Assembly: GCF_003918875.1 (NCBI RefSeq)
Contig: NW_025767024.1
Coordinates: 558,001 to 622,000 of the forward strand
Source of the DNA: Haliotis rubra
Taxonomy: Eukaryota
DNA length: 64,000 nt
Reading direction: 5' to 3'
The notes beneath the pieces were generated by a model, which was not told the DNA's origin, did not search any database, and was given only the letters and a program-made list of their open reading frames with translations. Positions 52,670 through 64,000 of the stretch are shown piece by piece (the stretch's first letter is position 1; every line of letters begins with the position of its first letter). The position numbers and the translations under genes are program-made.

Positions 52670-53499
52670 TGCCTCGGATTCTGTGATGTCCTTTACTTGA
52701 ATTTCATAGACTGCTTCAAAGTTCTATCCTTAAATCCGACGAACGTTTTTCCTACGAAAAACAATCGAAGTCGAATCCAATGGCACCCACAATACCACGT
52801 TGTTCTTGTGTAATTCACATACACCATTAAACATTAATCAGGCACCTTTAGTACGTTTTGTTGGACATGGGTGTTAACGTGCTTTCCTTGCAGTCACCAA
52901 ACTAAAATTTGATGCTAGCAGTGCCACCGCCTCCAATGGTATTTCTATACACGCAGTTCCATTCATAATCGATGATAAATCTCATCATTATTTACCTGTC
53001 ATCGATTGAGTATGTGTCTTCAATAAACTCAAACATGGCTTTGTCACTGTGGCGTACTGCATATGGATTTATACGGTCATGTATCGTTCGATAAACTTTT
53101 AAAAGATTTATTTTCTATGAAGCGTACAAATCGACAGTTCAGCATGATTGCTACTGTCACCGCGTGAGACAGTGTTTCCACATGTTGGAACATCCCTGAG
53201 CAATGATAACGCAGCGCCTTTTTTCATACCTGAACGTTTTACTTTTATCAGTTGTAAACTGTCTGTCGTAATGATCTCTGATTGTGTTTTTAGGATCAAT
53301 GCAAGCGTGTCCAATGCAGTTATCGGTTAAATATGTTACACATGTTACACATGTGCAACATCCACTTACAGGATCTACTTATGTCCTCCATACTGAGGCG
53401 CCTGTTAAAGCCCACGAGTGAGTGAGTTGGATTTACGCCGCTCTTAGTAATATTCCAGCAATATCACGGCGAATTAAAGCCCGCGACCTTCGCTCTGCT

Positions 53500-54266
53500 C
53501 AAGTGACACTATGACTTAGGACGTACATTGGGTTTACATTACACAACCACTGGTGATCTGCACTTAACTGAGGTGACACCATCACTTAGGACTTACTGTC
53601 TTCTGACGTGACACCATCACTCCTGACCTACGCTCGACTGACGTGACACCATCACTCTTGACCTACGCTCGACTGAAGTGACACTATCACTCATGACCGA
53701 AGTTCGACTGTCTTGACATCATCACTCATGACCCACACCTGACTGACATGACACCATCACTCATGGCGTACTACACTCGACTGACGTGACACAATCACTT
53801 TGGACCTACACACGACTGACGTGATACCATCTTCACTCAACTGACGTGATACAATCACTTAGGACCTACCCTCGACTGACGTCACATCATCACTCATGGC
53901 CTACACTCGACTGACTTGACACCATCACTCATGACCTAGACTCGACTGACTTGACACCATCACTCATGACCAAGACTCGACTGACGTAACACAATCACTC
54001 ATGACCTACCCTCGACTAACGTGACACCATCACTCATGACCTACACTCGACTGACGTGCCACAATCACTCATGACCTACACTCGACTGACGTGACACAAT
54101 CACTCATGACTTGCACTCGACTGACGTGACACAATCACTCATGACCTACACTCGACTGACGTGACACAATCACTCATGACCTACACTCGACTGACGTGAC
54201 ACAATCACTCATGACCTACACTCGACTGACGTGACACAATCACTCATGACTTGCACTCGACTGACA
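53500..54266. repeat. 35-bp minisatellite (CACTCATGACCTACACTCGACTGACGTGACACAAT)
   Basis: About 20 tandem units, more homogeneous at the right end. Confidence 0.92.
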
Positions 54267-55277
54267 TAACACGATGATAATCCCTGCAAGGAGTGACTTG
54301 TCCTTTGACATACTAAATTTGACCAGATAAAAGAGCAAGTAAACTTATTATTACTAAACGTTTATGTACTGTGAGGCAAAAATTATTGTGACATAAATTG
54401 TTTTCTATTTCCATCTTTTGAATGTAGTTTTGAATTTGAACCAGAGAAAGAGTGTGTTAAAATCTTCGATAAAAATGTAACCAAGCAGTTGTTGCTCGAA
54501 TTGCACGAACTTTGCCAGAAGAATGACATATTCTAGAATAATGGCCAGAAGTGTTCACTTTAAAATGCCAGACAACCATACGCTTATACCTGGCCATTGG
54601 AGACAGAGAGACAGGCACAACTCAATACTGTCAGCGGCGGCGGTAAAACACCATAGTAGCAGCCTATGGAGTGTTGTACTAAAATCCAACTGACTTTCGG
54701 ATCAGGCTTCGTCCTGATCCTGTCGTAAGTATCGACCCATCTCATCCCAAAAAATGTTATGTAGCTAAAAACGTATGTAACAAAGGGTGCTGAACGTGTC
54801 CACAGATATTGTGTTTCAATGAATATTAAAATGTTCGTTTTACACTTTCCGGGAGTGCAGCATACTGGTGGTTCTTTGACACTGATTTTCATTTAAGTAA
54901 GCAGGTGCATTTATATATTTGTGGCCCATGGGTTCAATATGTGAACAGGTGTAATTTGCTATGATTGCTAAAAGCGGCGCAAAACCATACTCACTGGCTA
55001 CAGTATCGGCTACAGTATCGTTGTGAGCTGTTCAAATAAAAAGTTACTTCTGTATTATGCTTCAAACAACACAATAATTTTCAAAACGTAGAGGTGCATG
55101 GTCATGCACGTGCAAATGATGAATCACGACCTTATGGTGGAGGGAGTCCCTTGATGAATATGTGTTGAACAATACACTTTTAACATGGGAATACAATCAT
55201 AGTGTGCATGTATGTGTGTGCGCGTGCGTGCGCATACTTGCGCTGTGTCGTTGCGGGAACTGACTGTAGGCCATTGG

Positions 55278-55629
55278 GGTGAGGTGAAATTGGGTTTAAC
55301 GTCGTACTTGAGAATATTTCGCTCATATGACGAAGTGCATGCGTGTGTATGTGTATGTGCGGCTGCTTGTACTAGCCCAGACTTAAGCTGGTTTATAGTG
55401 CTAGCCCACTGAGATACCATGCCGCAGTGAAGCATGAATACCCCACTCAGACACATTATACTGACTCCGAGCCGATCAGTCCTTGTTGTACCCATTAATG
55501 CCGAGCGCCAGGCAGGGACCAACAAGTACCATATTTTAACGTCTTTTGGTATGACGCGGTCGGGGATCGAACCCGCGACCTTCCGCTCTCCGGGCGGACG
55601 CTCTAACCACTACACCACGGAGGCGGTCA
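55278..55629 (-). mobile_element. tRNA-derived SINE family C
   Basis: Reverse complement of 40929-41290; TSD GCCATTGG. Confidence 0.88.
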
Positions 55630-55672
55630 TAAGCCATTGGAAGATACCAGGACACTGATATCGTTCCTCCAG

Positions 55673-55834
55673 TGGGGCGGCTGGGTAGCCTAGTTGTTAA
55701 AGCGTTCGCCTGTCACGCTGAAGACCCAGGTTCGATACCCAACATGGGTACAATGTGTGATGTTCATGTCTGGCGTCCCCGCCGTGATATTGCTGGAATA
55801 TTGCTAAAAGCGGCGTGAAACCATACTCACTCAC
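55673..55834 (+). mobile_element. tRNA-derived SINE family A with TSD
   Basis: TSD TCGTTCCTCCAG. Confidence 0.85.
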
Positions 55835-56269
55835 TCGTTCCTCCAGACATAGCAAAATGAAACTAAACTTATATCACAAAGCATGATTTCTTTATTCTCT
55901 TGCAGATATATTTCAGTTTTGAGGTGTGTCGCACGTACTACTGATTACTAAGAACTAGACAACAAGGTTCTGGAAAATAAGGCACAAACAGCAGCAATTG
56001 CACTGAGGCAGAAGATGCATATTGTTTGTAACGAATAATCAAAAATATTATGCTATGTGACACTCACATAAATAAACCCCGCATTCCGAGACAAATGCAA
56101 TGGTACTGTTCCTATGACAACAGATGGAGCGTATATACAACGATATATAAAGTATATAATTGTATTGAGGGAATATATACTAGCAACAAAAAGAAACTGT
56201 GCATATTGGAAATCACAGTGTATATTGGAACTACGTGTGTGTACACAAATACACATGTAAACAGTAAAT

Positions 56270-56940
56270 AGTCAACTTTATTGAACACATGCAGGTACTA
56301 GGGCGATTCGGTATGGTCACGTGCAACACGGTTGTGCGCACATCATGGCATGACTCATGACTGCAGAAGGTCATGTAGCTATTGGGATGATACGTTGGGG
56401 CATGTCTCAACGTCAGGTGGTCGCGCATGCCCATTGTCATTGTTGATCGTGACGTTGCAATAATGAAGCTGCCAATAGGTCACGTGCAGGTCGTCCACGT
56501 GTTGTTGTTGCTTAGGTCCATTTGACAGGTGTGGTCTACAAAGATCAGATTATCGGACCAGTGACCATTACGTTTCTCACCCGTCATAGGCCAGGATTGA
56601 CATTCCAAGAGGATAATGTCCGCCCTCATACGGATGAACGGTCGTGATTTGGCAGCAGAGTTGCAGAGGATATGGCATGCCATTCCACAGCCCTACCATT
56701 CCCATGCGTCGACGATGCCCTGCTGTTCTTGCTGCTCATGGTTGGCATACCGTTATTGAGTTGGCGAGATTGTTGCCCCCTGTGACGTCAATGTCATGAA
56801 TATTAAACATGCTTGCTCTACCATCTTCTTATGATCTCAATATCCACCTATTAAATTTTCATGTAAACTTTTCATCGTAGTTATACTTTCAAATTTAGAA
56901 GAAATTTCATTTATGCACAGTTTCTTTTTCTGGCTAGTAT
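56270..56940. mobile_element. Degenerate, rearranged Tc1 remnant
   Basis: Fragments resembling SMRRRC...GHTRY* and a TTTCTGGCTAGTATA terminus. Confidence 0.55.
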
Positions 56941-57964
56941 ATATGGTACTGGCTAAAATATTATGGTATTGCAAGACATATTTTATGGCATATTTAACAA
57001 ACAGATGTTTACTAAAGACATGTCAGCAGTAACGTATAGGTAAAAACAAACAAATCATTTGGAAATTGTTTCAGATAAATGTAACGGTATTTACATAACA
57101 ACTGAAGACTTACATATACCACTACCAACACAGTGTACAACAATTTGCAACATCGCCAGCATCGAAGAATTATGTATGGCACTGATTCAATGGCACTACA
57201 AGACATATTGGGTGGTGTAATGCACATACCAGGAATAACAAGTACAAATCAACATATAAATGTAAGCAATTCCTATTGAATAATTGATAAAATATATTGT
57301 GGAAAAGCCTTTAACAAATACATATTATACAGTTTTCGATGGAGAAATGTTCTCCGAAATGGCTTGGTTATTACTATACATCGATCATTATTAACAGTTC
57401 ATTCTTGTAAGACAATAATAACATGGTAGCGGACACATGGGTGATTTATCACATAGTTATTACCAGTATCAGTATTCGCGATCACTTGTGTCATTCCGAA
57501 GGTTGTGGAGAGATGCGAGTCTTGTGAATGTCACGGCACTTTGGTCAAGGCCTGTAGAATAACAAGGCCACATTATTGAGGTTCCAGTTAACCTAGGCAG
57601 TGTAATTTCGGCAGTCAAGCATACGGATTGTCGAATATTCTAAGGCGCCGTCATTCGCCCTGAACATGATCCTCGGTAGGCTAGCACCAAACCAGTGGCC
57701 ATGGGAATCACCAAGATGGTCCTTTGTGTAGAACTTGGAATTGGTCTTCAGCAGCACAGCAACCAAACAGGCGACTAACGGGATTTGGTGGTCAGGCTCT
57801 CTGAGATGGCTGATTGATGTCTTCGTATCCCATTTACGTAGATGCTCATGATTTCAATCACTGGATTGTCTGGCTCGATTCGACTATATACCGACTACCG
57901 TCTATTGGCCTATTGCTGATTGGGCGGTTACAAATTATCGGTAGGCCCACAGCTGTACATGATA

Positions 57965-59164
57965 TCATTGGATTCTTATGCGATCCTTTAGTCTTTCCGG
58001 TATAGGTAGAGAGGGTAACGTGGACGGCAGTGATGGACCCAACACCTTCCGTATCACCACACAACTCAACTGCGCCAGCGTCAGTGGGTTAGTTGCATAA
58101 AATAATAACTGCCTCCTGAGGGCTTCCTTCTCAACAAATCCGTTATAGTGTCTATCGTCCATTATCCAAGCTAAATCGGGCTTGATATCATAACCGCCTG
58201 TGATTGTGATATCAATGGCCAGTTCCCTATCCGAGCAGGACATCATGGCCAGGTTATACAATGGAGTCTCCGCCAGAACACAACCCTCTCCGGTCATATA
58301 GAAGTTCTTGGACACGAGTAACGAAATTACAGTCATGTTCCTAAGTCTACTGGCTGCAAGGAACTCACAGTTTTTGCTCTTTGTCCAGAGGGAGACAGCA
58401 CCTGCTTCAAGAAGGGTCATCACGTGTTCGAGAACGCCATCATCTCTGTGTATTGCATTATAAAGAGGAGATACGCCTCTACAAGTTCTGATGTTCACGG
58501 AAGCTCCAGCATCTATTAAAGCACGCACGTTGTGAACTGATCCATCCGAGGAAGCTATATGGAGCGCAGTCTCACCGAAACAGTTCTTGGAGTTGGGATC
58601 AATTCCTCTCTGCTTCAGATACTTTATCGCAAGGGAATTATCACCACTACTCTTTGCGGCGTAGTGTAAGTGCGTGAACCCATAGTCGTCGTTTGACGTT
58701 AAAGGAAGACCAAGCTGACTCAATCTCCTTATCATTTCTACGTGGCCATTTGTTGCAGCACACTTAACAAGACCGTCCCCAAAGAAAAACCCCGAAGCAT
58801 CAAACCCGTACTCCAGCAGAGCATCCAGAATGGCAACACATCCAGTTTTTGCGGCAGTTTGAAGAGGCCAATGGGCATTTATATCCCAGAATTCTCTGGC
58901 GTTTGAACCTAAACCCCGAGTCTCGAACCAATCCCGTACGTTTTCAAAGCCACGGATTTTTATGAATTTGGTCAACTCGTTCCATTCGTTGAGGCTGGGT
59001 CGTTTGGGCTTCTTTTCGTTTTTGTGTGACTTACATCTGTTCTCTGTGTTCAGTCCCATGTCATGAGTTCGAAGTGTAAGAAGCTGAAGTTTGTCTGCAC
59101 ATGCTGATGATTTATCTCCAACATCCATTTGTGCTTCAGATTTGGCATCCTCCGGTGTATCCAT
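57965..59164 (-). CDS. Ankyrin repeat and SOCS box protein (ASB-like), single coding exon, ~399 aa
   Basis: Uninterrupted ORF; ankyrin motifs (PLQTAAKTG, GFTHLHYAA, GETALHIAS, GVSPLYNAI); C-terminal SOCS box NPLTLAQLSCVVIRKVL...LPIPERLKDRI; first in-frame ATG at 59164 in GCCATGG context. Confidence 0.88.
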   Translation of the reverse strand: MDTPEDAKSEAQMDVGDKSSACADKLQLLTLRTHDMGLNTENRCKSHKNEKKPKRPSLNEWNELTKFIKIRGFENVRDWFETRGLGSNAREFWDINAHWPLQTAAKTGCVAILDALLEYGFDASGFFFGDGLVKCAATNGHVEMIRRLSQLGLPLTSNDDYGFTHLHYAAKSSGDNSLAIKYLKQRGIDPNSKNCFGETALHIASSDGSVHNVRALIDAGASVNIRTCRGVSPLYNAIHRDDGVLEHVMTLLEAGAVSLWTKSKNCEFLAASRLRNMTVISLLVSKNFYMTGEGCVLAETPLYNLAMMSCSDRELAIDITITGGYDIKPDLAWIMDDRHYNGFVEKEALRRQLLFYATNPLTLAQLSCVVIRKVLGPSLPSTLPSLPIPERLKDRIRIQ

Positions 59165-59373
59165 GGCAACGACACTTACTATGCACCCTCCGATGTTTCC
59201 ATGGCAACGACAATAACTATTTACCCTCTGATGTATCCATGGCAACGACACTAACTATTCGCCCTCTGATGTATCCATGGCAACGACACCAACTATTCAC
59301 CCTCTGATGTATCCATGGCAACGACACTTACGATGCACCCTCTGATGTATCTATGACAATGCCACTTACTATT
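59150..59373. repeat. 38-bp minisatellite overlapping the ASB start codon
   Basis: CCATGG at 59161, 59199, 59237, 59275, 59313, and a degenerate unit at 59351. Confidence 0.9.
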
Positions 59374-60185
59374 TTACATGCAGCTTAGCATATCATAATC
59401 AGACACACGGCTGTACAGGGCTCACTGTTCCAGGACCCTAAACCTCATTGTTTTTCACATCCCCGTAATGGAATGCAGATATATCCACTTCTGAAAATGC
59501 ATTTCTCTGGCATGTAAATTTATGCCCTTATGTGCACAAGCCGTTTCTTGAGGTTTAGGTTTCAGGAGACCATTAAGAAATCATGTCCAGCTGAATCATA
59601 CGATGGGTCTGTTTAAAACACATTCTTGACGATCAGGTGAACCAACTGCTTTGAAGGTATCATGTGAGATTTTACTTGAACAGTTTGACGAGAAACACCA
59701 TAGACAGGCCTGTCTTGTCTTGAAACAACTGGGTAACATTGATCCCGTCACTGCCATGATCATGGCTCATCGTTTGCACTGCATTCCTTTATCAGACCTA
59801 CGTTGTTTCCCTGTAACTTCATTATAGTCCGGCTGTCGCACGTTCTTGAACCCGTAGCACGCATTGTCATTTATATGTATGCTCCGGCTGTGGGAAAGTG
59901 GTGTAACGTACCAATGATCGTGGCGGGGATGTGAATGCCGAACAATTTACATGCTAAACATGTACCTGAAATATAATAAATAACCATAACTTGAGATTAA
60001 TGTCACGTGATGAGCATAAAGCGTATATAGGGCTTTCGTAGGCTTAATGGTTTCTACAGAAACGAATATGTGTGAGCAATATTATATTCATTCGATATCA
60101 CCATTAATACGTTAAACAATTACCAACTGATAATGAAACACTCCTATATGTATATCATTGAATGATATCGTTTATCATATTAATC

Positions 60186-60352
60186 CGGGGCGGTGGGGTA
60201 GCCTAATGGTTAAAGCGTTGGCTCGTCACGCCGAAGACCCGGGTTCGAATCCCCACATGGGCACAATGTGTGAAGCCCATTTCTGGTGTCCCCCGCCGTG
60301 ATGTTGCTGGAATATTGCTAAAAGCGGCGTAAAACCGGCGTCAGTCAGTCAG
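60186..60352 (+). mobile_element. tRNA-derived SINE family A with TSD
   Basis: TSD TATCATATTAAT. Confidence 0.88.
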
Positions 60353-63300
60353 TATCATATTAATTCAAACATTTTTCTTTGGTTCCGATCTCCGGAAAGG
60401 TTTTCTTGTTCCAATTTTCGGATGAGGAAATTTATCCCCCGGTGTTATGTATGTTTCCGAAGCAAATCGACCTGATCTACGTCATAACTCAACTTAAAGA
60501 TTAATACAAAATGATCTGCATTTTACAATTTCATCAAAATAAGTTATACAATTAGAGAAAAACGTCTATTTCCATATTTTATGTTAATTTTGTGACTATG
60601 TGGTAAGAGGTGAATATGCTTGTGCTAAGAAGTGACTAAGCTTGTCGTAAGAGGCAACAATGCCTGTTTAAACAGGTGGACATGCTAGGCGGTGACCATG
60701 CTTGTCGGGTGATGTTTCGGTGTATAAGTGATAAACAAATACTAACTTTTGGAATGAAATCGAATGAAATTTCCTCAGCTTGTGTTTCAATCACAGTTAC
60801 AGGGTCACTAACAGACTAACACTTACCCCGAAAATAGGTCATTTTGATAGAAACATAAACAACTACCGTACAAATAAAAATGAGTCCCAGTGAGATTCAG
60901 AGCCTGTGGAAAATCTAGACTAGCTTCATATAGACTGTTGCATTACAGTAACGGTTGGAAGGGAAGGTCAAATAACACCGTTTAGGGTCAGAGGGAGCAG
61001 ATCGAGTCACTGACTACATGGTAATTTAAATAAATGCCGTATATTTACAATTAAGGGACCGACCAGTGTTTATTCTCACTGCCGTTATTTTTTGTTCCAA
61101 ATAACATAATTGAGCACCGGATTCTTGAACAAATACAAGGTTTTGGTCTTCAATGCATGGTTTGATTATCCCTCAAAAATATATTTTTTGGATTGGAAGC
61201 AATATCCGAAAAGTTCAAATTCAGAATACAAAATTAGTAAATAACCTGTCCCTATGATACCGTTAATCTACCGATTAAAGCTATTGTTAGAAGCGCCAGT
61301 AAAATCCTTTCCCTCGCTAACTGGGTCAGTGACCCAGTGACCGAATTCCTGTTGCTGTCCCACATGAACATACCACTATACAGATTCACTTATTAATTGA
61401 TAAAACTACTAACACAGGAATCGATGGATACATTCCCTAATATAATAACACAGATAAACACAGCAAAACCGAAACTGTGACCTCTAGATTACGTGTGGTT
61501 TAATTTTAGATATAATGAATCGATCCGGGATGAAGTAATGCGGTGTACTCCATTTCGTTTTTATATATTTGACAATATCCTCCAACATCCTACTTGGCTC
61601 TAAAGAAATTGAAGAGTGAAATTATTAACTTATTACCTTGCCGTGTGTCCCGGCCCAACTCGTGGCTGCACTGTGTCAATAGTGCAGGGGAGGTAACTCT
61701 GTCCACCTTATTCCCTATTAAGTAATCATAAAATGGTTGCGTACATGTGTGTGTGTGTCGTTACTGTCGCATATTGTAATCTATTCTCATCCATACAATT
61801 TCATACACGATCAAAGAATAGGTTATACATGTATTCTGTTTACTAATCGTTAAAGCAAATTAATCTGTGGGGAATTCCAGCGGTCGATAAGTAGATGTTC
61901 CCGCTGCTTACGCAACAGGCCAATTATAGCGCATCGGTTACTTGAACCACTGGGATACCTGGAGTTACGTCCCTTTGGTAATAATTTCCATTGTCAATGT
62001 TCGTCATGGGCGATATCCATGCTCTTTTGCTCAATCATATAAAGATCAACATCTTTTTATGATTTTTTTCCAAACTTATTTGTAGTCATATTTTAATTGC
62101 AAACATGCAATATGAGTTGGATTTACTCTTCCATGCCACAACCCTTCTTTATGCAGCTCTGAAGCTGTTCCAGAAACCTGTAAGCGAGGGTTTGAATCCC
62201 GTTTCGCCTTTGTTTTGTTTCTGGTTTTGTCATACCCGTGTTCGTTGGTCTTACTAGTGTGGTCTTACCAGCTGCAGTCTGCATCACTTCAAGAGAACGG
62301 ACAGAACATTTTGGCAGCAAATGCCGTGTACGATATATGGTACATTTAGCTTTGTTATTAAAGACACTGCAATATTTCAGCTATTATTTTGCGGAATGTG
62401 ATTAATCGAGTCTGAACCAGACCAGCCAGTGATTGATATTATGAGCATTTTACATATTTGATTTCATATAAATCATTAAAATAATTTAATTGTGTATACG
62501 AAACTTTTTTCATTTCAATTACGGACGTTTTAATTCGTCAATGATTATTTTAATATGGATTTCAGGTAAAAAACTAGCATTAGTAACTTTCACTTGAAAC
62601 CTGCGTTGTGTTGTAATTGCATCAGTTAAGCAAGGGATGTACAGAGTATGGATAGAGAGGCATGTATGTAAAAGCTGGGAAGTGTACAGTTGATTGGATT
62701 AGGGTAGAGTGTAAAGTACAGATTTTAAAAAAAGACTTAACTTGATCATGACTTTTACACACCTCCATCTTACCATCAACTCATCAAAGATTCTCAACAG
62801 TCATGATCCTTTGCTGCGGTGGGGTAGCCTAGTGGTTAAAGCCGGAGGCCCGGGCAACCCACAAGATATCGTTCCTCCAGTGGGGCGGCTGGGTAGCCTA
62901 GTGGTTAAAGCGTTCGCCTGTCACGCTGAAGATCCAGGTTCGATACCCAACAAGGGTACAGTGTGTGAAGCCCATTCTGGTGTCCCCCGGAGTGACAGTG
63001 CTGGAATACTGCTAAAAACGGCGTAAAACCATACTCACTCACTCATGATCCTTTTGTTTTTTGTACAGGCTTCACCTGTTAGTGTTTTACACTGATCTCA
63101 CCCTATTGTGTGGTCTAGCGGAGTCCTAATCCAATGATCTGTAAAGCCATATCCTCATATTTGTAAAAATGTCTCTCTATCCATGCTCTCCTCATCACTA
63201 GCTTGATAACGGAGTTAGACCCCAAACCGAAACGTCGCTCTTATTGTAATAAAGAACGTGATCATTTATATATCTTAACTTTCCTCATCCTCGATAATCT

Positions 63301-63580
63301 CCAGGGTATACGTTACGATAACCCTCCACTATATGGAACTTTCCCTAGTACGCCAACTTCTAAATGACTCTCCTAGAAGGAATTTAGAGGACAGAATTTC
63401 AAAAGGATAGCACATGGTAAAGCGGTCATCACTCTTTTGTAATGGACACTGGTCCCATATATAGAATAAACCTCATTTATTTTAGACGGTGAATATGTAA
63501 TGATGTCATCGTCTTTATTATGAAGAACACTACGTTTTGAATATATTTTTACTCCTTATCAGGTGAATGGTTATGGAAGA

Positions 63581-63747
63581 CTGACTGACTGAGTTTTGGT
63601 TTTACGCCGCTTTTAGCAATATTCCAGCAACAGCACGGCGGGGGACACCAGAAATGGGCTTCACACATTGTAACCATGTGGGGATTCGAACCCGGGTCTT
63701 CGGCGTGACGAGCCAACGCTTTAACCATTAGGCTACCCCACCGCCCC
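63581..63747 (-). mobile_element. tRNA-derived SINE family A with TSD
   Basis: TSD GGTTATGGAAGA. Confidence 0.88.
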
Positions 63748-64000
63748 GGTTATGGAAGATAGTGAAGGAGTAAGAATATACTCCGAAACGTCGTGTTACT
63801 CACAATTAAGAAGTTGATATCTGTACATGTTCACCACTTATGTGTGTCACCTCTGGTGGAGTAGCCTAGTGATTAAGCGTCCGCTCGTCACGCCGAAGAC
63901 CCGGGTTTGATTCCCCACATGGGTACAAAGTGTGAAGCCCATTTCTGGTGTCCCCCGCCGTGATATTGCTGGAATATTGCTAAAAGCGGCGTAAAACCAT

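Noticed and set aside
53500-54266. CRISPR-like periodicity of about 35 bp
   Set aside because: Contiguous tandem units without unique spacers, eukaryotic context, no cas genes.
59165-59251. N-terminal extension MSLPWIHQ... in the ORF track for the ASB gene
   Set aside because: Starts at a GTG inside the minisatellite; the first in-frame ATG is at 59164.

Overview
Animal genomic DNA with spliceosomal introns and two N-gaps (28999-29161, 32659-32786). The repeat content looks molluscan, possibly abalone-like; this is inference only. The window holds: (1) a structurally complete but mutationally dead DIRS1-type tyrosine-recombinase retrotransposon (about 1741-7401); (2) two tandem minus-strand paralogs of an uncharacterised ~660-aa secreted protein, each with 8 exons, an ATG-only first coding exon and a near-identical TATA/GATA promoter; (3) a minus-strand secreted mucin/proteoglycan-like gene made of a signal-peptide exon, an expanding array of 36/54-nt Ser-Gly micro-exons, a Thr/Ser tract and a C-terminal PAN/apple-like domain; (4) an ankyrin-repeat/SOCS-box gene whose start codon lies in a 38-bp minisatellite; (5) three SINE families, Tc1 remnants, MITEs and minisatellites. 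One SINE family has no tRNA head and begins with a pseudoknot-forming RNA motif. Gene models were built by hand from GT-AG sites and phase arithmetic; no database searches were run.
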